Assembly (NCBI GenBank): GCA_002450155.1
Contig: DJYO01000032.1
Location: 74 to 64,073 of the forward strand
Source of the DNA: Mageeibacillus sp. UBA6976
GTDB taxonomy: Bacteria; Bacillota; Clostridia; Saccharofermentanales; Saccharofermentanaceae
DNA length: 64,000 nucleotides
Direction: 5' to 3'
The first letter of the stretch is position 1. Every line of letters begins with the position of its first letter. The position numbers and the translations under genes are program-made. Shown here one piece after another: positions 47,776-56,637 of the stretch. The notes below the pieces were generated by a model, which did no database searches, was not told where the DNA came from, and saw only the letters and a program-made list of their open reading frames with translations.

Positions 47776-49287
47776 CTATTTCCAAGCAAGAAACACAAGC
47801 ATTGCAGAGATGATGCCGTGAACAATGCCTGCCAGGAGACAAAAGTCTGAGCTGCGCTTGATGGTCTGGGATGCAAGATAAGGCAAGGAAGCTATGGCAA
47901 GTCCTGTGAGAGATACTGTAAGGAAAGCCTTTTCGCCCAGGGCTAATGCTGCGATAATCCCTGCAGCAGAGGGAAGCATGGTATCGAGCAGATACAACGG
48001 ATTCCCGAAATAGGATGCAGCGCCTTCGCCGCTGAACCTGGATTTCTTGTCGACCGCAGCAAGCGCATAGACAGTGAATGTGTTAAGGAGCAGTATAGCG
48101 CCTGAGATAAGCCATGCATGCGTGGGCTTACTCTCCTCTGCGATATCAGTGAACACAAGGAGCGCTGTTAGGACCAGGAGCACCTCGAGTATGGCAGTTA
48201 TGAGATAGTTCGTGATCTTCTCCTGTCTTCTCTCAAAACTCGTCTTGTTTGAAAGATAATACCCTGCCCTTAAGATAAACATCAAAAAGATGAGGCATGC
48301 GGGAGCCAAGATAACAATATAAGGCGCAAAACGCTTTGTCTGCGGAATGATATCAAAGACAACGGTGCAAAGTGCAAGCCACTCCCCGGCTCCTGTTACG
48401 ATTATCAAAGCCAGGCTGTCCTTGCCCTTAAGCCTCTTCTCGCCTTTATCCGGTGTCGGTACAGGAATAAAGAACAGGAATACAAGAAGCGCGGCAAGAC
48501 CGATAAAAAGGGCAAGTATTCTCAGGATAAACCAGCTGTTTACCCCGGCAGGATCATAATCCCCGTCAAATCTCAAAGCCAGAAATCTTGCGATCTCTGT
48601 CTTAAAGCTCGTAGATTCCAGCATCGAAGTGAGATCCTTCGTATCCGTTGCAAGGTAGAGGAACCTTTGCATATCAGGTGAAGCAAATATCTTATATGAA
48701 GAAGCCCCTCCGGTACCGGCAGGCTCCCCGTACACCGTATCAACACCTGATATCCGCTCAAAGATAAGGGCCGGATCAGGAAGAGTTGCCGGATCTTCCA
48801 TATCTGAGTCAAAGCCAAATATAGCGATAGGAACATCAGGAGAGACGGTTGAATATCCTTCTGTAGCTGCATTGCCGGGGTAAGAAGGGTCTATAAGGCA
48901 AAAGCCAAGAGCATTTATCTCTGCGTTACCTAACATCGAATCCATTATCCCAAAGCTGTCAGGACCTATGGCTATCACAACAATGCTGTCGTCCTTTACT
49001 CCGGATATGTCATCAGCTTCGTCTATAAAGACAGGCTCAAAGCCCGCACTTGCAATAGCATACTTAAAAGACAGCTCCTGAATGTTATATCCGTCCATGC
49101 CGATCACAACGGCAGTCTTACTGCCGGACAAACTCCCCTTTGCAATAAGGAAGAGTATCAGCATAAGGATACACATGGCAAAGGATACACCTGCAGCTAT
49201 CTTTGCAATAAGCGGTATCTTCTTTGTCCTGAGCCTTCTGGCTCCGCTCTTTGTAGTATTAAACTGGGATTCCTGGTTTTTCTTCAT
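47776..49287 (-). CDS. hypothetical membrane protein (N-anchor, soluble alpha/beta domain, about 8 C-terminal TM helices)
   Basis: 503 aa hydropathy pattern; TAAATG junction with murC. Confidence 0.75.
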   Translation of the reverse strand: MKKNQESQFNTTKSGARRLRTKKIPLIAKIAAGVSFAMCILMLILFLIAKGSLSGSKTAVVIGMDGYNIQELSFKYAIASAGFEPVFIDEADDISGVKDDSIVVIAIGPDSFGIMDSMLGNAEINALGFCLIDPSYPGNAATEGYSTVSPDVPIAIFGFDSDMEDPATLPDPALIFERISGVDTVYGEPAGTGGASSYKIFASPDMQRFLYLATDTKDLTSMLESTSFKTEIARFLALRFDGDYDPAGVNSWFILRILALFIGLAALLVFLFFIPVPTPDKGEKRLKGKDSLALIIVTGAGEWLALCTVVFDIIPQTKRFAPYIVILAPACLIFLMFILRAGYYLSNKTSFERRQEKITNYLITAILEVLLVLTALLVFTDIAEESKPTHAWLISGAILLLNTFTVYALAAVDKKSRFSGEGAASYFGNPLYLLDTMLPSAAGIIAALALGEKAFLTVSLTGLAIASLPYLASQTIKRSSDFCLLAGIVHGIISAMLVFLAWK

Positions 49288-50742
49288 TTATGCCTTGGGG
49301 CAGAGCTCGTCGCCTAATGTTCTTATGTCTTCAGGACCTAAGATAAGGATGATATCTCCGGGCTTAATAAGCTCGTCTATCCTTGCCTTAAGCTCTCCCC
49401 TGTCCTCAAAGAACTCGGCATCTCCGCCGCGTCTGTTGATCTCATCGCTTATGTCCTTGCTGGATATCTCATGAGTATTTATCTCCCTGTCTGAGAATAT
49501 CTCTGCGAAAAGGATCTTTTTGCAAGGGAGAAGACTTGTTACATAGTCTTCGAAAAGGAGCTTTGTCCTGTTGAATGTAAGCGGCTGGAATACCACGAGG
49601 ATATCTCCGTGAGGCATATTGGATGCTGCCTCTATGGTAGCTCTTGCGGCTGTGGGATGGTGAGCATAGTCAACTACTACATCGCACCCCTTATATTTAC
49701 CCTTGACCGTATATCTTCCGTCAGCGCCGCCAAATGAATTAAGTGCGCTTATGACAGCTTCAGGTGATGCACCGTTAAGAAGAGCTGCCGCTGCAGCATT
49801 AAGGCTGTTGCTGATGTTGTGGCTGCCGGGGATCCTTAAAGCTACTCTGCCTATATCAGCTCCCTTATAGATGATGCTGAAATTAGGAAGTCCGTTTATA
49901 AATTCGATATCTGATGCGATGATGTCTGCTTCCTTGCCTGTTGCTTCGCAAGGTTCGCTGTCAAGAGCGCAGGTGATGATATCAGGGAAAACTCTCCCTG
50001 CTTCTTTGAACTTAGCTTTTGCCTCTGATATGGCAAGAGCGATATTGTGGTCGTGACCGGATACCACCAGATTACCGTTATCGCCTATAAGCTCCATGAA
50101 CCCGGCAAAAACGTTGATAACATCCTGTATGGTAGGATAGCAGTCTACATGGTCGTGATCTATATTGGTTATTATGGCTGTTGTAGATGTAAAGTTCAGG
50201 AAGGATCTGTTGAACTCACAGGCCTCAGATACAAGAAGATCCGGAGAACCGGTCCTAACAGTACCTCCGAAGATATCAAGATCTGCGCCAAGATGAACTG
50301 TAGGATCCATGCCGGAATCAATGAGCATAAGAGACAGCATTGAAGTAGTTGTCGTCTTGCCGTGGGTACCGGATACATTGATAACGCTCTTATAAGTCCT
50401 TGTAAATGCACCGAGGAACTCTGCCCTGTCAAAGATCTGAAGCCCAAGCTCACCTGCTCTCCTGACTTCTTCGTTATGAGGCAGTATGGCAGCTGTCTTG
50501 ACCAGATAATCAGGAGCGAAATCGTCTATATTATCTGCAGTCTGGGCGTTGTATATCTTTATGCCCTCTCCTGCAAGCTCCTCTGTCCTCTCTGAAGGAT
50601 GGTTATCCGATCCTCCGACAACAAAGCCTGCAGCCTTCGCAAGCTTTGCAAGTCCGTTCATAGAGATGCCGCCTATACCGATAAAGTAGATCCTGGAACC
50701 CTGTCCTATATCACTAAGCTTAAAAGTCTTGCTGTCTAACAT
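49288..50742 (-). CDS. murC: UDP-N-acetylmuramate--L-alanine ligase
   Basis: FIGIGGISM, GTHGKTTTTSM, EACEF, NIDHDHVD, DYAHHPT, FQP. Confidence 0.95.
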   Translation of the reverse strand: MLDSKTFKLSDIGQGSRIYFIGIGGISMNGLAKLAKAAGFVVGGSDNHPSERTEELAGEGIKIYNAQTADNIDDFAPDYLVKTAAILPHNEEVRRAGELGLQIFDRAEFLGAFTRTYKSVINVSGTHGKTTTTSMLSLMLIDSGMDPTVHLGADLDIFGGTVRTGSPDLLVSEACEFNRSFLNFTSTTAIITNIDHDHVDCYPTIQDVINVFAGFMELIGDNGNLVVSGHDHNIALAISEAKAKFKEAGRVFPDIITCALDSEPCEATGKEADIIASDIEFINGLPNFSIIYKGADIGRVALRIPGSHNISNSLNAAAAALLNGASPEAVISALNSFGGADGRYTVKGKYKGCDVVVDYAHHPTAARATIEAASNMPHGDILVVFQPLTFNRTKLLFEDYVTSLLPCKKILFAEIFSDREINTHEISSKDISDEINRRGGDAEFFEDRGELKARIDELIKPGDIILILGPEDIRTLGDELCPKA

Positions 50743-50763
50743 ATATACACCTTCTTATATTGA

Positions 50764-51267
50764 TTATGTAATCTTATCACTTGACTGCCTTTCCGCAAAA
50801 TCGCCAACTGTGGCATTTGTGAAGCGGATAAGATCTTGGGATGCGAGCCTGATCTGGAGTCCTCTCTGTCCTGCACTGACACTTACATAGTCCACGAGCT
50901 CGATCATCTCATCGATAAAGGTCCTGTATGTCTTCTTCATACCTATGGGAGAGCAGCCTCCCCTTATATATCCGGTTACATTAAGCAGGTCTTTAACATG
51001 TATCATGTCGACTCTCTTGACGCCTGCAAGTCTGGCCGCCTTCTTGAGATCTACCTCATCATCTACAGATATGCAGAATACGAGATACTCCCCCTTGTCA
51101 GATACGGCGGTAAGGGTCTTAAACACCTCCTCATAGGCAAGGCCGAGATAGTCTGCCACATGATGTCCGTCCAGATCATTCTCGTCAAACTCGTATTCGT
51201 GGTATGTATATTCGATACCTGCCTTATCAAGTATCCGCATAGCATTAGTCTTCTTTATTCCTGACAT
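50764..51267 (-). CDS. ybaK: Cys-tRNA(Pro) deacylase
   Basis: KTNAMRILD, VFKTL, TGYIRGGCSPIG, SAGQRG; start reassigned to ATG 51267. Confidence 0.93.
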   Translation of the reverse strand: MSGIKKTNAMRILDKAGIEYTYHEYEFDENDLDGHHVADYLGLAYEEVFKTLTAVSDKGEYLVFCISVDDEVDLKKAARLAGVKRVDMIHVKDLLNVTGYIRGGCSPIGMKKTYRTFIDEMIELVDYVSVSAGQRGLQIRLASQDLIRFTNATVGDFAERQSSDKIT

Positions 51268-51368
51268 AACTGTTATTCTCCTAATTTCCAAGCTTTCATT
51301 AGTTTACCCCATTTAGCAAGATACTTGTAATTTATGCCGTGTAAAAATAGAATAATGAAATAAATCTT

Positions 51369-52208
51369 ATGGAGAAAAATATGCTGAGCAAAGAATACCC
51401 CCAACACGATATGAACCGTGTCTTCGAGATGATCGAGGAGACTATAGCAAGAGGCGGCGTTGACGATAAGTGCGCCAATGAGATGAACCTTCTTATGCAC
51501 CTGTATGCAGGACTCCCCGCCGAGGCAGTGGAATGCGGCATGATGTATATCCACGGCAAGGGGAACTTAGTACCTGAGTCGGATATAACAGCTCTTCATA
51601 TAAGGCTCCTGAACCTCCTTGAATACTGTGAGAAAGTAGATTCTCTCAGGCACGTCCCTTCTAACCTTACTAACGAAGAGATCACGAAGAGATCTGATTT
51701 GCTAAACTCTCTGTCAGAACACGAGAAGTATTTCGGCAGCACGCTCCTGGGATATCAGTATAACGGCAAAGTAAGTGAATCAAAGGGTGAGGAAGAGCCT
51801 TCAGGCAGGCTCCTTCTTATGAACAGCCAGGCAGCGGTCTTTGCCTGCGAAGATATCTATAAGACAGCGCTGTTCTACGAAGATAAGATGGGATTTAAGG
51901 CTATACACCTTGACGACGAAGCCATGCCCCACATCAAGCTCACGAGAGACAATATAGCCATTGTCCTTGTCAAGGGCGAGGGTGCCATCCTTAAGTGCAG
52001 CAGAGAATTCGGGATCAAGTACGATATGTATATCTATTGCGGAGAGCCCTTCCTGCTATATAACGAGCTCAAGGGACAGGGCGTCAGGATAGCCGAGGAT
52101 CTGCCTGAGGCAAACATGGCTCAGGGGCAGTCCACAAACCGCCAGTTCGTAATAGAGGATATAGACGGCAGGCATATCTGCATATCACAGTATATGGGCG
52201 AAGTGTAA
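51369..52208 (+). CDS. hypothetical protein with C-terminal VOC/glyoxalase domain
   Basis: C-half 'VFACEDIYKTALFYEDKMGF...RQFVIEDIDGRHI' is VOC-like; N-half not recognised. Confidence 0.7.
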   Translation: MEKNMLSKEYPQHDMNRVFEMIEETIARGGVDDKCANEMNLLMHLYAGLPAEAVECGMMYIHGKGNLVPESDITALHIRLLNLLEYCEKVDSLRHVPSNLTNEEITKRSDLLNSLSEHEKYFGSTLLGYQYNGKVSESKGEEEPSGRLLLMNSQAAVFACEDIYKTALFYEDKMGFKAIHLDDEAMPHIKLTRDNIAIVLVKGEGAILKCSREFGIKYDMYIYCGEPFLLYNELKGQGVRIAEDLPEANMAQGQSTNRQFVIEDIDGRHICISQYMGEV

Positions 52209-52213
52209 CTCCC

Positions 52214-52411
52214 CTACTCTGCTATCGCAGTTACTGCCTTCTCCAGTGTCTCCCTCTTCATTATGGTGAGATGACCGCAGCCTGAGCACTTAAGCTTGAT
52301 GTCCGAACCCACGGACATGACCTCCCAGATGTTGCTCCCGCAGGGATGCTTTTTCTTGAGCCTCAGTTTCTCTCCTTCGGTGAATCTGTATCTGTAAAAC
52401 TTACCCGGCAT
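52214..52411 (-). CDS. DUF951 family protein
   Basis: LKKKHPCGSNIWEV...DIKLKCSGCGH. Confidence 0.9.
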   Translation of the reverse strand: MPGKFYRYRFTEGEKLRLKKKHPCGSNIWEVMSVGSDIKLKCSGCGHLTIMKRETLEKAVTAIAE

Positions 52412-53252
52412 ATTTTCTCCCTAAAGTAACTCTGTCGTTACCGCCATAATCCTTAAGTGTCATAACATCCACAAATCCTGCATCAATGCATATCTGTCTG
52501 ACTCTTTCGCCCTGCATATACCCGTGCTCGGCAAAGACCATTCCCCCTTCTCTTAAAGCCTTATAAGCCTTGGAAAAGACCTGCGGGTAGAATTCCAAGC
52601 CATCCATGTCCGCCCTTAAGGCAAGATGAGGCTCATATAAGGAGATATCCCTGTCAAGTTCTCTCATCTCGCAGTCACTGATATAAGGAGGGTTTGCCGT
52701 AATAAAATCAAGCCCCTCAAGAACAGGATCATCTTTAAGGATGTCGCTCTTTATGGCAGAAAGCCCGTCTTTAAGAGCAAGATTGCTTATATTCTCCCTT
52801 GTAACGGTAAGGGCTCCATCTGATATATCCGTAAGGATTCCGGTGGCTTTAATACCCTTCCTGGTAAGCTCATTAAATACAGATATACCGACGCAGCCTG
52901 ATCCTGTGCAGAAATCTGCAAAGCTCAGAGCATCTCCTATATCACCGGAAGGTATCTTAAGCACATCACCTGTCGGGATATCGAGTGCGCCTGTAAACAT
53001 GAGGGCAGATTCGACCAGGAGCTCACTGTCAGATCTGGGGATAAGGACATCTGGAGTTACCTTATAGTCTTCTTTGTAAAAATGCCTGTGACCCAGGATA
53101 TAAGCAAGAGGCTCGCCTTTTGCACGCCTTGCGGCAGCAAGAAGCAGAGCCTCTCCTTGTAATTCTTCTTCCAGAATACGGCTGTCTAATAAAGCCTCTT
53201 CATCCCCTGCATCGGCAAGCAATGAGTATATGGACTTATCACCACTTGTCAT
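52401..53252 (-). CDS. prmC: release factor glutamine methyltransferase
   Basis: GEPLAYILG, VLIPRSDSE, DFCTGSGC, NPPY, EHGY. Confidence 0.94.
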   Translation of the reverse strand: MTSGDKSIYSLLADAGDEEALLDSRILEEELQGEALLLAAARRAKGEPLAYILGHRHFYKEDYKVTPDVLIPRSDSELLVESALMFTGALDIPTGDVLKIPSGDIGDALSFADFCTGSGCVGISVFNELTRKGIKATGILTDISDGALTVTRENISNLALKDGLSAIKSDILKDDPVLEGLDFITANPPYISDCEMRELDRDISLYEPHLALRADMDGLEFYPQVFSKAYKALREGGMVFAEHGYMQGERVRQICIDAGFVDVMTLKDYGGNDRVTLGRKYAG

Positions 53253-54303
53253 CTTCTTGATTCTCAGGGATAACTGCCAGCATCGAAGCTATGGCAACTT
53301 CGCAGATGGGACCGTCAGGTTCTGCCGTAGTAAAACGCTGGAGCCAGAGACCGGGTTTTGCGAACAGATGCCAGAACTTGTTGGAATCGTGCCTGCCTAT
53401 AAACCTTAAGATCTCGAAAGAGATACCGCAGATAAGAGGAACTGCGATGATCCTGACAAGAAGGTTAAAGAGCATGGACTGATTGCCTGTAATTATGCCT
53501 ATAACAGTGTAGATCAATATAGAAATGGCAAGTACGATAAACATGAATGCAGTGCCGCAACGTGGGTGGAACCTTGTGTACTTGAGCACGTTCTCAACAG
53601 TAAGGGGCTCACCTGCCTCGTAGCACGCTATAGTCTTGTGCTCTGCTCCGTGGTAACGCCATACTCTCTTGATATCAGGCAGCTTGGATGCATTGATAAG
53701 ATAGATGAGGAAGAACAGCAGTCTTAATATACCCTCTACCAGATTAAGTACAACAGACATCCATTTTGTCTGCATGAGATCATCAGGAATGAACTTGGCA
53801 CCGACATCGACTATAAGTCTCGGCAGCAGGATAAAGAGTCCTACACTGAGAAGGATGCCAAGGACGGCAGAGATAGTGATCATGAGGTTATAGTGTTTGC
53901 TCAGGAAACTGTCGAGTCTTGACTGCTTCTTATCCTCACCTTCGGTCTTAGTCTCCTCCTTGCCCTCTTCGGAGATATCAGCTGACTTCATGAGAGCGCC
54001 CGTACCTGTTACGAGCATCTTGTAAAATCTGATACACCCTCTGATGAACGGGACAGTCTCAAAATAAGATACTCTCTCATCCTGCTTGACTTCCTCAACA
54101 TGGATAGAGCCGTCGCCCTTCCTTACTGCAATACAGGTCCTCTTGGGACCTACCATCATAACGCCTTCGATAAGAGCCTGACCTCCTATGGTAGTCTTCT
54201 TTATCTCAGGCTTGATATCATTCTTCTTGGCAGTCTCCTTCGGATTCTCGGGGAGAGCTTCGCCGCCAGCAACATTGATCTCTTTGATCTGATCGTCAGC
54301 CAT
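53239..54303 (-). CDS. DUF1385 domain membrane protein
   Basis: IGGQALIEGVMM, YHGAEHK, HPRCGT, PGLWLQRFTTAEP. Confidence 0.93.
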   Translation of the reverse strand: MADDQIKEINVAGGEALPENPKETAKKNDIKPEIKKTTIGGQALIEGVMMVGPKRTCIAVRKGDGSIHVEEVKQDERVSYFETVPFIRGCIRFYKMLVTGTGALMKSADISEEGKEETKTEGEDKKQSRLDSFLSKHYNLMITISAVLGILLSVGLFILLPRLIVDVGAKFIPDDLMQTKWMSVVLNLVEGILRLLFFLIYLINASKLPDIKRVWRYHGAEHKTIACYEAGEPLTVENVLKYTRFHPRCGTAFMFIVLAISILIYTVIGIITGNQSMLFNLLVRIIAVPLICGISFEILRFIGRHDSNKFWHLFAKPGLWLQRFTTAEPDGPICEVAIASMLAVIPENQEDDKW

Positions 54304-54393
54304 AATGCCTCCTATATAAAATAATAACCATTCACGGCAATTATATCATTTATTCTCCCGACTGATATTACAGTCTGATGTAATACTTGGGCA

Positions 54394-54429
54394 AAAGAAA
54401 AGGACTGGCCCACATATGTGAGTCAGTCC
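54394..54429 (-). terminator. intrinsic terminator after rpmE
   Basis: Minus strand GGACTGACTCAC-ATAT-GTGGGCCAGTCC followed by TTTTCTTTT. Confidence 0.8.
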
Positions 54430-54459
54430 CGGTATTGTTCTTGCAGGAGAAAAAGCAAA

Positions 54460-54663
54460 TTAAGCCTTTGCTTCCATTCTTCTCTTGAACTTGTCAACGC
54501 GTCCGCCTGTGTCAACGAGCTTCTGCTTACCTGTGTAGAACGGGTGGCAGTTAGAGCAGATATCTACTCTTAAGTCTTCCTTTGTAGACAGAGTCTCAAA
54601 GGTTGCTCCGCAAGCGCACTTAACTGTTACCATGTGCGTTGTAGGATGGATTCCTTCTTTCAT
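54460..54663 (-). CDS. rpmE: 50S ribosomal protein L31 (zinc-binding type)
   Basis: MKEGIHP...CACG...[13 protein letters not shown]; start reassigned to ATG 54663. Confidence 0.97.
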   Translation of the reverse strand: MKEGIHPTTHMVTVKCACGATFETLSTKEDLRVDICSNCHPFYTGKQKLVDTGGRVDKFKRRMEAKA

Positions 54664-54764
54664 GTATTTCACCTCTCAATCAAAGATATGGCGCGTAACC
54701 TCATGCACGTATGCCATACCGGACTTGGTTAGCCTTGCTATATTACCTTTTTAGACCGCAGTTG

Positions 54765-56447
54765 TCAATCGGCTGCAAAAGATTTCTTAACAGACAGGAT
54801 AAAAGACCTGTTGGACGAAGTCTTCTCCATGAAATTGATGACTGCATTGGTGGCAGAAATGGTATCTGCATCAGCGATCCTTCGCCTGATGAGCCATACG
54901 GCATCAAGCTCTTCCTGGCTGAGGAGCAGGTCTTCCCTTCTGGTACCGGACTTATCCACGGCAATAGCCGGGAATACACGTCTGTCAGCAAGCTTACGGT
55001 CAAGGGTAACTTCCATATTACCGGTACCCTTGAACTCCTCGAAGATAACTTCATCCATCCTTGAACCTGTCTCGATGAGAGCTGTGGCAAGGATAGTAAG
55101 GCTTCCGCCGTTCTCGATATTACGGGCAGCACCGAAGAAACGCTTAGGACCATAGAGTGATCCCGGATCGAGACCGCCGGATAAGGTTCTTCCTGTGGGG
55201 TTGATAGTAAGGTTATATGCTCTTGCAAGCCTTGTCATGGAGTCAAGGAGGATAACTACATCCTTGCCGAGCTCAACAAGACGCATTGCCCTCTCAAGTA
55301 CCAGCTCAGTAACTCTGACGTGGTTCTCGGGACGCTTATCAAATGTGGAATAGACTACCTCACCCTTGATATTGCGCTGCATATCCGTAACTTCCTCAGG
55401 ACGCTCGTCTATAAGGAGAACGATCAGAACGCAATTGGGATTGTTGGTTGTAATGGAATTTGCGACCTTCTGGAGCAGGATAGTCTTACCTGCCTTCGGA
55501 GGTGATACGATCATACCTCTCTGGCCCTTTCCTATAGGCGAGAAAAGATCGATTATCCTGGGTGATATATCTTCTTTCTCAGTCTCAAGAGTCAGTCTCT
55601 CATCAGGATAGATGGCTGTGAGACTCTCAAACTTAGGTCTTCTCTTGATATTATCGTAATTATCCTCAGTAACCTCGATACCATTAACGGATACAACTCT
55701 TCTGAGGGGTGCATACTTATCCTTGTTTCTCTTGGGAGATGCGAATCCCTTGATATAATCGCCTCTCCTAAGGCCCATTCTCTTGATCATCTGTCCGGGA
55801 ACATAGGCATCTTCCTCACCGGGCAGGTAGTTATGTCTGTGAACAAAACCGCAGTAATCGTTCCTGTTGTTATCAGGATTACCAATGGAGAGTACACCCT
55901 CGACCTCGAATTCCACGGGAGCTTCGGGGATCTCCTCCTGGGGTTGTTCCTCAGTCTCTTCGGAAACTTCTATCTGCTTTACATCCTGGCCGGGACCAAA
56001 GGAAAGCTTTCTCTTCTTGGACTTGACCGGCTTGCGCTTAGCAGGTTCTGCCGGAGCCTCCTCTGCTTTCGCAGGTTCTTCTGCCTTTGCTTCCTGGAGA
56101 GGCGCTGCTTCAGCAGGCTTCTCCTCTGCTTTTGGAGCTTCCTCAGTCTTCTTCTTTCTGCCACGCTTCTTAGGGGCAGGCTTAGCTTCTTCTGCAGCGG
56201 GTTCTAGGGCCTTCGCTTCAGCAGGCTGCTCTTCAGCTTTGGGAGCTTCCTCAGTCTTCTTTTTTCTGCCACGCTTCTTGGGAGCAGGCTTTGCCTCTTC
56301 TGCAGGAGCAGCTTTACCCGAGATAGCCTGGATCAATTCTTCGCGCGTCTTAGCCTTAGCTTCTTCTTCGGTAAAATCACCGAAAGCTACAGCTATCTGC
56401 GCAAGGTCGGCATCGCTCTTCGATGCGAGACTCTCTAATTCATTCAT
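54765..56447 (-). CDS. rho: transcription termination factor Rho with low-complexity N-terminal insertion
   Basis: [45 protein letters not shown]; Ala/Glu/Lys/Pro-rich insert. Confidence 0.97.
   Translation of the reverse strand: MNELESLASKSDADLAQIAVAFGDFTEEEAKAKTREELIQAISGKAAPAEEAKPAPKKRGRKKKTEEAPKAEEQPAEAKALEPAAEEAKPAPKKRGRKKKTEEAPKAEEKPAEAAPLQEAKAEEPAKAEEAPAEPAKRKPVKSKKRKLSFGPGQDVKQIEVSEETEEQPQEEIPEAPVEFEVEGVLSIGNPDNNRNDYCGFVHRHNYLPGEEDAYVPGQMIKRMGLRRGDYIKGFASPKRNKDKYAPLRRVVSVNGIEVTEDNYDNIKRRPKFESLTAIYPDERLTLETEKEDISPRIIDLFSPIGKGQRGMIVSPPKAGKTILLQKVANSITTNNPNCVLIVLLIDERPEEVTDMQRNIKGEVVYSTFDKRPENHVRVTELVLERAMRLVELGKDVVILLDSMTRLARAYNLTINPTGRTLSGGLDPGSLYGPKRFFGAARNIENGGSLTILATALIETGSRMDEVIFEEFKGTGNMEVTLDRKLADRRVFPAIAVDKSGTRREDLLLSQEELDAVWLIRRRIADADTISATNAVINFMEKTSSNRSFILSVKKSFAAD
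56107..56312 (-). repeat. 108-bp-period tandem duplication inside rho
   Basis: GGAGCTTCCTCAGTCTTC at 56134 and 56242; encodes [25 protein letters not shown] twice. Confidence 0.9.
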
Positions 56448-56595
56448 AAAAACCTACCTGAAAATATTCTGATTGTCTAAAGGTTAAATGTTCTGATCTG
56501 TAATCTGCCAGGGAACTATTAAACAAACGCATCCGTCTGATGCTGCGTGAATATTAGCATTAGTTTCGGGGTGCGTCAATACTTTGAAAGATATT

Positions 56596-56630
56596 AAAAA
56601 TAAGATCCGCTCTTTGCCGAGCGGATCTTA
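56596..56630 (-). terminator. intrinsic terminator after the adhesin gene
   Basis: TAAGATCCGCTC-N6-GAGCGGATCTTA with a T-tract on the minus strand. Confidence 0.85.
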
Positions 56631-56637
56631 AGTGTTT

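Noticed and set aside
55833-56472. Plus-strand ORFs (124 and 201 aa) with repeated [10 protein letters not shown]
   Set aside because: Antisense shadows of the rho low-complexity insert.
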